In this document: one piece after another, positions 47,966-57,784 of the stretch
Layout: each line of letters begins with the position of its first letter
Numbering within the stretch: position 1 is the first letter of the stretch
From: an uncultured Rhabdochlamydiaceae bacterium
Lineage (GTDB): Bacteria; Chlamydiota; Chlamydiia; Chlamydiales; Rhabdochlamydiaceae
Direction of reading: 5' to 3'
Assembly (NCBI GenBank): GCA_963712275.1
Contig: CAVQHD010000001.1
Span: 1,216,001-1,280,000 of the forward strand
Length of the DNA: 64,000 nt
Notes under the pieces: generated by a model
Told to the model about the DNA's origin: nothing
The model's database searches: none
Seen by the model: only the letters and a program-made list of their open reading frames with translations
Made by a program: the position numbers and the translations under genes

Positions 47966-48996
47966 AAACGTCCGAAGGATTTGTAAAACTCTATCGAGAA
48001 GCATTTGATCTGCTTAAAGATAGTCGTCCAGCTTTTTTGCTGCTTCTTTTAATAGGTTTTCGTGCAAAGCGAATAGACCCGACCTATTCGGTCCACAAGC
48101 TCAAAGCTAACGAAGCTTTCCTCGGAGATTATGACACCATTGGCTTGACTAGGTCTGAGTATAGAACTGCTATGGAGAAACTTGAGAAAGATGGACTTGT
48201 GAAATTTCAAGCAACCACTAGAGGAACGATAGCAACTCTTATCAGTATATCTCTCTTGGATATCAATGCGGAGTCAGATGAAACAGATGATAGAGCGCCA
48301 TCAGATAGCCATCTAGTCGCCATCGCACAGCCAACGGTTGACCAAGCAATCGCCACCTTATCGCCATCAGAAAAGCCATCAAAATTGTCTATGGAAAATC
48401 AAGACAGTCAACCATCAGAAAAACCAACGGATCGCCATCAAATCGCCTTCAGGCCGCCAAGAGATAGCCAACCCGTCGCCAGCAAGTCGCCACTAACAAA
48501 GAAGGAAGAAAAAGAAGAAGAAAAAAGAGCTGCAGCAGCCTATTCACGCACTTTTTACAAATGCTTGGATGGATTGGATTTGAGCGATCAGGAGAAAAGA
48601 TCCCTAATGTTCTATAGCGAATATCGTGTGGCTCATGCTGTAGAATTCGTGAAAAAAAAGAAAAACGTCGACAGTCCCATCGGGCTGATGATGTGGGTTT
48701 GTCAACAGCCTAGCCTTCCTGAGCTTCCCAAGGGAAATCAAAAAAGCCTAACTCCTCAGCAAAAGCTTGCTTGGGAGTACAACCAATTTCTTAGCAGCAA
48801 TGGCTATACTGCTCAAGCAAAGCAAAATGAGGAAAAGATCCCCAATGATCGAATGGTGATTTTAGAACAGGGACAACTTATGCCGATTACGCTAAACCAT
48901 CCCCTTCAGATCTTGCAGGAAGATTTTCGAAAATCAAAGGAGGAGATCCTAAAAAGTCAGAGGATAGTTCGGAGGCTGCAAAATGATAAATTGTGA
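47962..48996 (+). CDS. Putative replication initiator (phage replisome-organiser-like)
   Basis: GFVKLYR N-terminus, wHTH-like YRTAMEKLEKDGLV...GT, low-complexity linker encoded by an iteron-like array. Confidence 0.65.
   Translation: MKTSEGFVKLYREAFDLLKDSRPAFLLLLLIGFRAKRIDPTYSVHKLKANEAFLGDYDTIGLTRSEYRTAMEKLEKDGLVKFQATTRGTIATLISISLLDINAESDETDDRAPSDSHLVAIAQPTVDQAIATLSPSEKPSKLSMENQDSQPSEKPTDRHQIAFRPPRDSQPVASKSPLTKKEEKEEEKRAAAAYSRTFYKCLDGLDLSDQEKRSLMFYSEYRVAHAVEFVKKKKNVDSPIGLMMWVCQQPSLPELPKGNQKSLTPQQKLAWEYNQFLSSNGYTAQAKQNEEKIPNDRMVILEQGQLMPITLNHPLQILQEDFRKSKEEILKSQRIVRRLQNDKL
48295..48497 (+). repeat. About 16 degenerate 11-bp units (core (TC)GCCA) in two blocks; iteron-like
   Basis: gcgccatcaga-tagccatctag-tcgccatcgca-cagccaacggt-tgaccaagcaa-tcgccacctta-tcgccatcaga; second block tcgccatcaaa-tcgccttcagg-ccgccaagaga-tagccaacccg-tcgccagcaag-tcgccactaac. 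Confidence 0.85.
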
Positions 48997-49125
48997 GACA
49001 TACTGGGGAGACTTTAGGGAGGGGTTTTGCGGAGCTAATAAAAAGGAGGATTTTTTTTGCAAAACCCACCCTTAAATCAATCCCTCCTTTGACTAGGAGG
49101 TCAAAGTGCTTCATGATAATAAAAC

Positions 49126-49157
49126 AAACGTCGCTCTCATAATCGAAAGCGACGTTT
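49126..49157 (-). terminator. Intrinsic terminator after the island NTT gene
   Basis: AAACGTCGCT/AGCGACGTTT 10-bp stem with a T-rich tail on the minus strand. Confidence 0.65.
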
Positions 49158-49163
49158 CTTATC

Positions 49164-50570
49164 TCAACAAATTACAGTGTTTCCATGGATGGCTTTTCGA
49201 AAAGATCTTCCTAAGAAGATAGCAATGATGAACCATAAGCCTAGTAAAGGGAAGCACAATGCTCCGCTTAGCATAAGGTAATGCGATTTGCCCGCCAATG
49301 TTCCAAAAGCAGTTTGAAGGGGAGCTAAAGACATATTGAATATCGACCCTGCTTGTTTAGATGATCGCGAACCGAATGTCTCTATCCATGCTTGCGCCTT
49401 AAATTTTACATCCGGGGTTGTGGGGATATAGAGCTGTTTAAGAGCTGGACCATTAAGTGCGTAATTAATGGCTTTTGAGCCCACCATGAGAGCGAAGAGG
49501 AATGTGAGAGAGTTCAAGCTCAAAAAGCCTAAAAGAGCCCCTCCAACAATAACAGGCATTGCCGCTAATGCGACACCTACCCCGAGAAACCGAGTTACGT
49601 TACTAATCCCAAGTAAAAGACAGAGCAAAGACACGATATTTACACTTGAAGCATAAATGCTTAGGTAGTTACTCAGTGCAACGCCTGAGTATTCAGAGCT
49701 GGCTGCTATTTTAAAATTAAAGTCAAAGATGGTCACCACGACTTCATAAATGAAATTCGCAGCAAAAATGCCAAGAAGATATCGATTTTTGAGGAGAAGT
49801 TTTAACCCTTCTAAAAATCCAGGTTCTTGCTTGCTTTCTACTGCTGTTTCATTTTTTCCGTGAAAAGACGTGAGCAGATGACTTGGAGTAGCTCGCAAAA
49901 AGTATCGTACCATAGGCACTATGAGTAGCGTTAGAATCCCCAAACACATCATAGATAATGCATCCGTAGATAGTCCCAGTCGATGAGGAAGCCCCCCTAT
50001 GCTATAGGGGAAAATAATTCCTCCCATTTGACCGATGGCAACTACAAGAGGAAAGCCTTTTTTTGCTGGACCCGCATTCGTTGTGTCGGTTGCAAATGCC
50101 CAAAAGAGGGCGATCACCAAAGAGCCAAAACTCTCCACGAAAACGTAAAACAGATAACCAACCACCTTGGTGGCAGCCAAGAAAAAGAATGAACGACTCG
50201 CTATTGTCTCAGCAGGGGCCTGAAACCATATCATCAAAAAGCTGAAAACAACAACTGCGATTCCATAAAAAATGGGGAGGATCACCAGCATCTTTTCTCT
50301 CGAGGTCTTTTCAAGCAACTTCGTATAGAACATCACCAGCGGCAAAAGAGCTAGGACAGAGACAGTTTTTGCGAAAGGGAGCTGCAATTTGTCTACCAGT
50401 TGAATAAACACTGCGTCTTTAAGTGGGCGTAACGTCCAATAGACCCCAATCACTAATGCAAAAATTACACCCATTCTAAGAAATTTTTTAAATTCCTCTT
50501 TCTCGAAATTTCCAAAGTTAAATCGACAAATCGACTGAAAAAATCGCAATATACCGCTTGTATTATCCAT
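49164..50570 (-). CDS. Nucleotide transport protein (NTT), island copy
   Basis: Colinear close paralogue of 16173-17573 with the same motifs. Confidence 0.88.
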   Translation of the reverse strand: MDNTSGILRFFQSICRFNFGNFEKEEFKKFLRMGVIFALVIGVYWTLRPLKDAVFIQLVDKLQLPFAKTVSVLALLPLVMFYTKLLEKTSREKMLVILPIFYGIAVVVFSFLMIWFQAPAETIASRSFFFLAATKVVGYLFYVFVESFGSLVIALFWAFATDTTNAGPAKKGFPLVVAIGQMGGIIFPYSIGGLPHRLGLSTDALSMMCLGILTLLIVPMVRYFLRATPSHLLTSFHGKNETAVESKQEPGFLEGLKLLLKNRYLLGIFAANFIYEVVVTIFDFNFKIAASSEYSGVALSNYLSIYASSVNIVSLLCLLLGISNVTRFLGVGVALAAMPVIVGGALLGFLSLNSLTFLFALMVGSKAINYALNGPALKQLYIPTTPDVKFKAQAWIETFGSRSSKQAGSIFNMSLAPLQTAFGTLAGKSHYLMLSGALCFPLLGLWFIIAIFLGRSFRKAIHGNTVIC

Positions 50571-50648
50571 GAATCTGACTCCTTTATCAAAAATAGTAGG
50601 ATAACCTCTTGGTTTTTATTTGTACTGTTGATATATTCGATTTCCAAT

Positions 50649-50663
50649 ATCGAAAAAATCGAT
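50649..50663. promoter_or_regulatory. LysR-type T-N11-A palindrome
   Basis: ATCGAAAAAATCGAT between the divergent NTT and LysR genes. Confidence 0.6.
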
Positions 50664-50683
50664 TTGAAAGATCGGAGGTTTTT

Positions 50684-51574
50684 GTGAAAGAATTGGCGAA
50701 CATTGTTGATACTACTCAATTGCTCGAGGAAAAATTATTGCAAAAACTTGAAAACTCATTAAAAAATTTACGTGTCGCTGACGTGGAATTATTTATTACA
50801 GCAGCCCATATGAAAAATCTCGGAAAATCGGCTTCATTTCATCACCTAAGCCAAAGCGCAACAAGCACGGCAATTCAACGGGTGGAATCTGCTTTCGGAG
50901 TATCTCTATGTACCCACGAAAAACGGCAATTCCGACTCACTCGTGAGGGACAGATTCTCTTTCCACGTCTAGAAAATTGGATCAAACAATTGCGAGACTT
51001 AATTATTTCAAAAGATCAGATCCCCATACGTCTCGTTACAACCCACGCGATTGCACAAATTGCGGTACCGGCTTTACTTTCCATCGATAACATCGATTTC
51101 AAACATATGCGCCCTGACCATGCCTATGCAGCTATTTTGCATGATGAAGCTGATATTGCTCTTGTTCTCGATAATGCTCCATGGAAGGGAGTCGTTGCAG
51201 CTGAAGTCGGAAAAGGCCATTTTCAACTTTATTCCAGCGATAAAGACGCCTCTCTCAAACCAGTTTTACTTCCTGAGGATCAAATGGAAGTGTTGTCGCT
51301 ACAGCAAAGCTGGCAACAAGTGCATGGATATTCCCTCCCAGTCAAATCCCGTATTCCAAGCTGGTCTCTGATTGCCAATATTTGTTCGGAATCTCAGGAA
51401 ATAGGCTTTCTGCCCGATTTTCTAGCAAAAAAGTTTAACCTGTATCCTGTGATGTGGCAACCCGCAACCTCCCAATATCGCGTGCTTGCGATTTATCGGA
51501 ATGCGGGAAAACATTTACAGGAACGGTTTGATCAGTTATTGCGCGAGTTGCGGAGAGTTTTTACAATTCCCTAA
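50684..51574 (+). CDS. LysR-family transcriptional regulator
   Basis: HLSQSATSTAIQRVESAFGVSL...LTREG HTH; GGAGG before GTG 50684. Confidence 0.88.
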   Translation: MKELANIVDTTQLLEEKLLQKLENSLKNLRVADVELFITAAHMKNLGKSASFHHLSQSATSTAIQRVESAFGVSLCTHEKRQFRLTREGQILFPRLENWIKQLRDLIISKDQIPIRLVTTHAIAQIAVPALLSIDNIDFKHMRPDHAYAAILHDEADIALVLDNAPWKGVVAAEVGKGHFQLYSSDKDASLKPVLLPEDQMEVLSLQQSWQQVHGYSLPVKSRIPSWSLIANICSESQEIGFLPDFLAKKFNLYPVMWQPATSQYRVLAIYRNAGKHLQERFDQLLRELRRVFTIP

Positions 51575-51595
51575 TTTCAATGAAAGGTTATTCTT

Positions 51596-52258
51596 ATGAA
51601 AAAAACACTATTTTCCCTGATCGCATCAACCCTCACAGCCACTTCCCTTATTGCAGCTCCTCAAGCCGTTGTTTTCGACTGGGGTAATGTAATCGGGTTC
51701 AACGACCGATCCGTTGTTGTAAACTTTATGTGCGATTCATTTCGCTTCTCTGAAAACGAATTCGAAGCAGCTAACCTAGAGAAACGAAAAGCAATTAAGG
51801 CGGGCAAGTCAGACATCGATTTCTGGCTCGAATTTGCTCAAAAAAGAGGCATTCAACTCCCAAAAGACTGGGCTTTAAAATATACAGCAACGCTTAAAGA
51901 GAGCGTTGGGGCAGACCCAAACATGTATGTGCTGATCGATCAATTGAAAGGAAATGGAATCCGTGTAGGAATGTTATCCAACATTGATGATCGATACACA
52001 AAGCTAATCCGTGATTTCGGCTTTTATGAACCCTTCAAACCGTGCCTTTTATCTTGCGAAATGGGACTTGAAAAACCAGATCCAAAAGCTTATGCACTTT
52101 TGTTGCAAACAATGAATCTTCCAGCGGAAGAAATCGTGTTTATTGATGACAAGGAAGAAAACGTCAAAGCAGCAAAAACGATGGGTATTGACGCGATTCT
52201 TTTCACATCTGAACATCAGCTGAGAGAAGAACTGAGCAAAAGGGGAGCGCTTGAATAA
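51596..52258 (+). CDS. HAD-family phosphatase with a signal peptide
   Basis: FDWGNV, LSN, KPDP, FIDD; N-terminal MKKTLFSLIASTLTATSLIA. Confidence 0.88.
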   Translation: MKKTLFSLIASTLTATSLIAAPQAVVFDWGNVIGFNDRSVVVNFMCDSFRFSENEFEAANLEKRKAIKAGKSDIDFWLEFAQKRGIQLPKDWALKYTATLKESVGADPNMYVLIDQLKGNGIRVGMLSNIDDRYTKLIRDFGFYEPFKPCLLSCEMGLEKPDPKAYALLLQTMNLPAEEIVFIDDKEENVKAAKTMGIDAILFTSEHQLREELSKRGALE

Positions 52259-52326
52259 AGCAGGAGACGGTCAGAGGTAAAACCACAAAATCATTGCCAT
52301 GAGGTGTGTGTGTGTTCTTTGTCTCT

Positions 52327-53385
52327 CTATTCGAAAATTTTTTTGTTTAAAGCTGCAACGGTAGAGTAGATATGTGCATTGGAAAGATGGGCGTATCGCT
52401 TGGTCATTTGGACGGTTTTGTGGCCCAGCAGAGTTCCTATCTCTAGGAGACTAGCTTGATTCATGGCCAAGTAGGAAGCGGCTGTATGCCGAAGGTCATG
52501 AAAGCGGAAGTTGAAAATATTGGCTTTGCTCAGAGCGGTTTCCCAAGCAGAACGAATGTCGATAGGTTTACATGGAGAATGTGGAGCAGGAAATACGAGA
52601 GAGTCAAGGGTTTGATTGGCGTATTTTGAACGCAAAAGATCTAGAGCTATTCCGACAAGAGGAATGAAACGCCGCTCACCATTCTTTGTGGTTTGTAAGA
52701 GGATTGAACCTCGAGCTAGATCGATATCGCTCCATTTGAGATTGAGGATTTCTCCTCTTCTCATTCCTGTTGAAAGAGCGAGTATAACAATTGGGTAGAG
52801 TCCTTTTGATTCGCTCTCTTGAGAAGCTTTAATGAGTCTCATTCTTTCTTCATTGTTTAAGAAGCGAGTTCGTTCATTTGAAATTTTCGGCTTTGAGATT
52901 TTCATGATTGGATTTTCCTGGATCCATTCCCAGTCTTTCACAGCGATTGCAAAGGCATGAGACAAGCTGGCAAGATAGCGGACAACAGTTGTTGAAGAAC
53001 GGATCGTGCCTTTGTAAGTCAGCCCAGAAAGTAGTTCATCGCGTTTCTGTGCGATGAGGCCTGGCTTGATATCCAAAAGGAGGCAATGCCCCAGTTCCTG
53101 TTTCCACCAGAGAAGATGTTGGCGGACGTTTCTTGCGTTTTTTGGCTTTGACGGAAGAACTCTTTCAATATAACGGTCGATCAGTTCGGCTAGAGTATTT
53201 TTGCTGCCAGGTTTGTCATATGCATATTTGCCTTGCTCAATCGCCGATTCTGTATCGCGTTTCCATTTCATGGCTAGAGTTTTGGAGGCGAATGATTGGA
53301 TGAGGACGGGATGTCCTTTGATTCGAACGCGGGCGCGGTAAGATACCGTCCCGTCTTTGTGGGTGCGTTTGTCGATGCCTTTCAC
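52327..53385 (-). CDS. Tyrosine integrase adjacent to the att/tRNA
   Basis: TGMRRGE, TKNG, HDLRH, LLGH, MTKRY. Confidence 0.95.
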   Translation of the reverse strand: MKGIDKRTHKDGTVSYRARVRIKGHPVLIQSFASKTLAMKWKRDTESAIEQGKYAYDKPGSKNTLAELIDRYIERVLPSKPKNARNVRQHLLWWKQELGHCLLLDIKPGLIAQKRDELLSGLTYKGTIRSSTTVVRYLASLSHAFAIAVKDWEWIQENPIMKISKPKISNERTRFLNNEERMRLIKASQESESKGLYPIVILALSTGMRRGEILNLKWSDIDLARGSILLQTTKNGERRFIPLVGIALDLLRSKYANQTLDSLVFPAPHSPCKPIDIRSAWETALSKANIFNFRFHDLRHTAASYLAMNQASLLEIGTLLGHKTVQMTKRYAHLSNAHIYSTVAALNKKIFE

Positions 53386-53449
53386 AAGCTTACCTTTATT
53401 TAAATTTTCAAAGGTTAGCTGCTGGGCTTATCGCCAATTGTTGTAGGCG

Positions 53450-53473
53450 AGTGGTCCACAAATGGTCCACGGA
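53450..53473 (+). promoter_or_regulatory. Putative integrase arm-type binding site (right)
   Basis: Exact 24-bp copy of 36658-36681. Confidence 0.75.
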
Positions 53474-53552
53474 GAGAAATCGCACTTCTGTCTGGTTTTG
53501 ATGCTATTGCATAACCAGCTCATTTTTAGTGCGATAAACTCGGAAAGAAATG

Positions 53553-53626
53553 TGGGGCAACCTGGACTTGAACCAGGGACCGACGGGTTATGAGTCCGCT
53601 GCTCTAACCACCTGAGCTATTGCCCC
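53553..53626 (-). tRNA. tRNA with CAT anticodon (probably Ile2, otherwise elongator Met)
   Basis: GGGGCAATAGCTCAGGTGGTTAGAGCAGCGGACTCATAACCCGTCGGTCCCTGGTTCAAGTCCAGGTTGCCCCA folds as a cloverleaf; paired 1-72 argues against fMet. Confidence 0.93.
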
Positions 53627-53733
53627 ATGGGTAGAGGATCATACTATTCTTGGGTTGTTAGCGCAATGTAAAAAATTTTTTTGGATTTTATCAGACGGTT
53701 CGGTATAGAGACGAATAGGAGCCAAGGAGCCTT

Positions 53734-54930
53734 ATGCTGTCTCGCGGGTTACTTTTATCTTCTTTTCTAGCGCTGAGTTTGGGCGCCCAGGAAGATGAAA
53801 TTGCCAAAATCGACCCTGAACTTTCTGTGATCAAGAGGGGGGACGCTCTTCCTGTCGAGAGTTTTGAGCATGCGACAGATCCCTATCTTGAGGGGTATAT
53901 TCAAGCTCTGATTGACATCAGCTACTATGAATATAACGTCATTGTGGTTGTTAAAGATCACCATGTGATTCTCTATAACCTTCCAAAGAATGACCTGATT
54001 GCGAAGAGTATTATCTCCTATGTTCAAGATTTGCCGGGGGTCAAGTCGGTGGAGGTGCGAGAAGCGCTTTCGTCAGAAGAGACAACAGCGCGCAAAAAAT
54101 ATACCGAAGCTCCGCGCATGTCCGGGATTTGGTTTCCTCAATCAACGGTTTTATTTCTGCCGCTTGTTGCAGATCCTAGGGAACCGGTCTATTCAGTGAA
54201 TTACAGGGCAGGGGATGATGTGATGGGAAGGAAGGCGGTGGCGGTTTCTTTGGGGGATGATTTTCCAATCTTCCGCTGGAATCATATCTGGAATGGCCAT
54301 GGGGATCTTCAAATAGGGATCACAGCAGGGGTATGGGCTGTCTTTAACTTTAGCCATGTTCCTCGCCGAAATAAGGGTGAGTGCGAGCTCATGAACACCG
54401 ATTACAAGGTGGGAATTCCTCTAACATATGCCTTCGATAAGTGGTCTTTCAGGCTTTTGTTGTACCATATTTCAGGTCACTTAGGGGATGAGTTTATCGT
54501 AGATCATCCCAAGTACGTCAAAAAACGGAAAAACCCGAGTTTCGAGGCAATCGATTGGATTTCATCCTATCAATTTTCGAGTGGACTAAGGGTTTATGGG
54601 GGCCCTGGAACTGTTGTCCATAGCGATCCTTCATTTAAGCTAAAGCCTCTTTATGTCATGTGGGGAACCGAGGTCCGGCTCTTTGGTCAGAAGCTCTATT
54701 ATCACCGCCTTTATGGAACGCCCTTTTTTGCGGCCCATATGGAAAACTGGCAGCAGCACGGATGGGATATCGATATGACGTTTAAGCTGGGGTATGAAAT
54801 CAGCAAGCTTCAAGGCGTTGGCCGTAAAATGCGCCTCTATCTTGAGTATCATGAAGGGTTTTCTTATGAAGGACAATTTTTCAATAAGCGAACGAAATAT
54901 GGAGAAGTAGGTCTATCTTGGGGTTTTTAA
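53734..54930 (+). CDS. DUF1207-family exported protein
   Basis: PL.ADPREP, L.N.DY..G.P, YH.S.HLGDEF; aromatic C-terminus. Confidence 0.8.
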   Translation: MLSRGLLLSSFLALSLGAQEDEIAKIDPELSVIKRGDALPVESFEHATDPYLEGYIQALIDISYYEYNVIVVVKDHHVILYNLPKNDLIAKSIISYVQDLPGVKSVEVREALSSEETTARKKYTEAPRMSGIWFPQSTVLFLPLVADPREPVYSVNYRAGDDVMGRKAVAVSLGDDFPIFRWNHIWNGHGDLQIGITAGVWAVFNFSHVPRRNKGECELMNTDYKVGIPLTYAFDKWSFRLLLYHISGHLGDEFIVDHPKYVKKRKNPSFEAIDWISSYQFSSGLRVYGGPGTVVHSDPSFKLKPLYVMWGTEVRLFGQKLYYHRLYGTPFFAAHMENWQQHGWDIDMTFKLGYEISKLQGVGRKMRLYLEYHEGFSYEGQFFNKRTKYGEVGLSWGF

Positions 54931-57044
54931 GAAAGTTCAGCAAATCCTTTGTCATACACAGGGCCTTGAGGGCCGATCTTTAGCGTTCCGCTGAAAAATT
55001 GTTTGTAGACTTGGAGGGCTTCTGCGCCATTTTTGACGCAGATGAAACAGTTGCTGATCCACTCGGAGCCAGCAATTGTGCCTGTTTCAAGGTTTCGTTG
55101 GAAGCGGTGAGAAATTTTATCAGACCAGTAGTCGGGGTGCCCGAAGAGAAGAACTGGGGTGGGCGGGGCTGCTCCTACTTTTCTTCTCACTTCTTCGAGG
55201 GCATATTCAAAATCAGTTCCAAATCCTCCCATCAAAAACCAGGGGAAATTGAGATTAAATTCTGCTTGTCTCTCGATGAGATTATCGAGTCGGTACATCA
55301 TTTTCGCATCGATATATGGATTTTGCTTTTGTTCGCTTAGAACAGCTCCCTTTTTACCTCGGAAATCCATGATATTGGCGCAGGAGAGAATACCGATGGA
55401 TTTGGCAACGCGGTTTCCAAGGCTCATCGATCCAGGGCCTCCTCCTGTGACTAAAGCAATCGGAGTCTCTGGGTTCAGGAGAGGATGATGCATTTCATTT
55501 TTTAATTTAAGAAGGCCCTGAAGAAGGAAGGTGAGATCTTTCTCAAAGTCGGGTTCGATGAGATTTGATCCATAGATTCCAAAAAGAGTGGCTTTAAGAA
55601 ATGTTTCAGCAAATTCAGCTGGGACGAACATGCCAGAGTCTTTTCCCGGTTTTGGGAGGTATTGCAAGATTGATTGGCTCGCTTTATCTACCCAATAAGT
55701 CGGAATGCCAAATTTGGCAAGATCGAGAAGCATGGCACGGTCTTCATGAGAGAAAAAATCCCCATAGGTCAGCGAAGGAAACTGAAAATAGATCCGTTTC
55801 AAATATCGATGAATTTGGTCGTTGAGGAGCATTTGTTTTAAAAGAGGGGAGGGGAAATACCGGGTGAGTAAAACCCCTTCGCTGATGATTACACCGTCTT
55901 CAATGGCCTTTAAAAATGGAAAGGAGGGTTGCTGGTAGATATACCGTTCGACAGCAGCTGATTGCCTGGAAGGGTTGATGACTCCAGGAAATTCACTCAT
56001 GCGAGGCTCGCGTGCGATCCAGCTGGAGGGGGTTAGGCTAAGAAGCTGCGCTCCCTTCATTATAAAAACAGCTGCGAGGTGGTGAAGCGGTGCAGGGGCT
56101 GTCTCAAAGGCGTGGAAGAGGGTTTGTGGATCTTCGAGAGTTGCCTGAAGCTGGTCACGATCGGAGAAAAAAATGTGCTCGCGGTGAGGCTCAAGCGTAT
56201 AAAACTCGATGGGAAGATCCCTTAGTTCCTGCTGGGAATTTCCGTAAAGCTCATAGACGTCGCCTGAGGCTTCGGTATCAGGCTGGAGAATAGAGGCAGA
56301 GGTATGAAAAATGCCTGCAGGGAGAAGCTCCTGAACGACTCTCCCGAACACCGTGCGAACGTAAAGAGGTAGTGTACGAACAAGGAGGATCTCTCTATCG
56401 TGAACAATACGGGGAGCCCCTTGGTTCCAGATTTGGTGCAGTTTGAGAAGTTTCCGAAGTTGAAGAGAAGGGTCATGCAGCCCCTTGGCAAGCGTTGGGA
56501 GGAACCCTTTCATGGTTTCGTCATAGTTCAGAGTTCCATCGAGCAGCGTGAGGAAAGCAACGGTACGCCCTTCAATTTTCTCTAAAATAAGTTCGCTCGA
56601 CCCTTGAAGCCCTCCTAGAGAAAGGAGAGGCCTTCCTTGGCGATCGGACCTTCCAAACATACGGGAAAGGTATTCTGTGTCTCGGACTTTACGCCGATCA
56701 TCGGCGGCAAACAACTTTCCGATAAAGGTTCCTTTTGTAAGGAGAGAGAGCATCGATTCAGCTATCGTTCCAATAGCGGTGATTTGAAGCTCGCAGACGG
56801 CCTGATGGTGGATGTCATCGAGGTCTAGATGGACAAGCGTTGCGTTAAGACCGAGTTGAGCAAGGGTGCTTTTAAAATTAAAGAGAATCAGCTCCTTCGG
56901 AATTTGAAACCCGGCAAAGGCAGAAGAGATTCCTTCAATGCGAAGGCGAGCTGTGCCTTGAGAGCTGTTTTTGAGCTCTATCTGCTCAATTTGGCCATCA
57001 GGAGTGACAAGGTCATCATGTTCTAATGAGAGATAGCTTTCCAT
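54927..57044 (-). CDS. Conserved chlamydial protein with a C-terminal LOG-family domain
   Basis: 705 aa; GIYGS, TGGGPGSM, GGFGTDFE. Confidence 0.75.
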   Translation of the reverse strand: MESYLSLEHDDLVTPDGQIEQIELKNSSQGTARLRIEGISSAFAGFQIPKELILFNFKSTLAQLGLNATLVHLDLDDIHHQAVCELQITAIGTIAESMLSLLTKGTFIGKLFAADDRRKVRDTEYLSRMFGRSDRQGRPLLSLGGLQGSSELILEKIEGRTVAFLTLLDGTLNYDETMKGFLPTLAKGLHDPSLQLRKLLKLHQIWNQGAPRIVHDREILLVRTLPLYVRTVFGRVVQELLPAGIFHTSASILQPDTEASGDVYELYGNSQQELRDLPIEFYTLEPHREHIFFSDRDQLQATLEDPQTLFHAFETAPAPLHHLAAVFIMKGAQLLSLTPSSWIAREPRMSEFPGVINPSRQSAAVERYIYQQPSFPFLKAIEDGVIISEGVLLTRYFPSPLLKQMLLNDQIHRYLKRIYFQFPSLTYGDFFSHEDRAMLLDLAKFGIPTYWVDKASQSILQYLPKPGKDSGMFVPAEFAETFLKATLFGIYGSNLIEPDFEKDLTFLLQGLLKLKNEMHHPLLNPETPIALVTGGGPGSMSLGNRVAKSIGILSCANIMDFRGKKGAVLSEQKQNPYIDAKMMYRLDNLIERQAEFNLNFPWFLMGGFGTDFEYALEEVRRKVGAAPPTPVLLFGHPDYWSDKISHRFQRNLETGTIAGSEWISNCFICVKNGAEALQVYKQFFSGTLKIGPQGPVYDKGFAELS

Positions 57045-57385
57045 TGATTCCTCATCCTATTGCCAAGGCACAGGAAACTAGAACGAATAGTTGAAACCTC
57101 TGTTGATTCATGCTTATTTACATTTTTTCACTACGGAAGCACCGAGAAGGATGAGATTGCACAGAGCAAAAAACATTCCTGCAAAAAAACATTCTTTTTT
57201 GCTCTAGCAAAAAAAGAAATTTTTCACTCTGTGCAAGCTCATCCTTCTCCGCGCCTCCGGGGTGAAAAAATATAAATAAGTATGAATCAACAGAGGTTTC
57301 AACTATTTGTTCTAGTTTCCTATGCCCATCCTATTGCAAATAAGGAGTTGTGGAAAAGTAAAAAATTTTAGTATCATTACTCCTG

Positions 57386-57784
57386 ATGAACGTAAAAACA
57401 GCTGAAAGCACTCTAACCTCGCAAATCGTTGATGCTGCCTATGAAGTCCATACACTCCTTGGAGGGCCGGGGCTTCTTGAAACTGTCTATGAGTCCGCCT
57501 TATCCCATGAGCTCTTTTTAAGAGGGATGCATAATCAGCGCCAGCGTCCTGTTGCTGTAAGATATAAGAATACAGAAGTAAGAGAGCCTTTATTCATCGA
57601 TTTGATTGTCGAAAATCAAGTGATTGTGGAGGTCAAAGCGACCCCTCAAGATTATTCGTTTTATCACGCTCAGATTTTAACCTATCTTCGCTTGACCAAC
57701 ACGAAATATGGCCTGCTCATCAATTTCGGTAAAAAAGATTTAAAAGCAGGCCTTATTTACGTAACAAATACCGCTGTTAGTTGA
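57386..57784 (+). CDS. GxxExxY protein
   Basis: GPGLLETVYE, DLIVE, EVKA, AQ..TYL, GLLINFG. Confidence 0.92.
   Translation: MNVKTAESTLTSQIVDAAYEVHTLLGGPGLLETVYESALSHELFLRGMHNQRQRPVAVRYKNTEVREPLFIDLIVENQVIVEVKATPQDYSFYHAQILTYLRLTNTKYGLLINFGKKDLKAGLIYVTNTAVS

Larger units (their letters stand above)
36505..53599. mobile_element. tRNA-integrated genomic island / integrative element, ~17 kb
   Basis: att duplication, integrase next to the tRNA, arm-type repeats, xis- and rep-like genes, accessory cargo. Confidence 0.93.

Noticed and set aside
45702..48996. Prophage
   Set aside because: No terminase, capsid or tail genes are present.
52303..52315. (GT)n run
   Set aside because: Short, and located between convergent genes where phase variation would have no clear effect.
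57060..57275. 71-aa ORF
   Set aside because: TTG start, no motif, intergenic-like composition.
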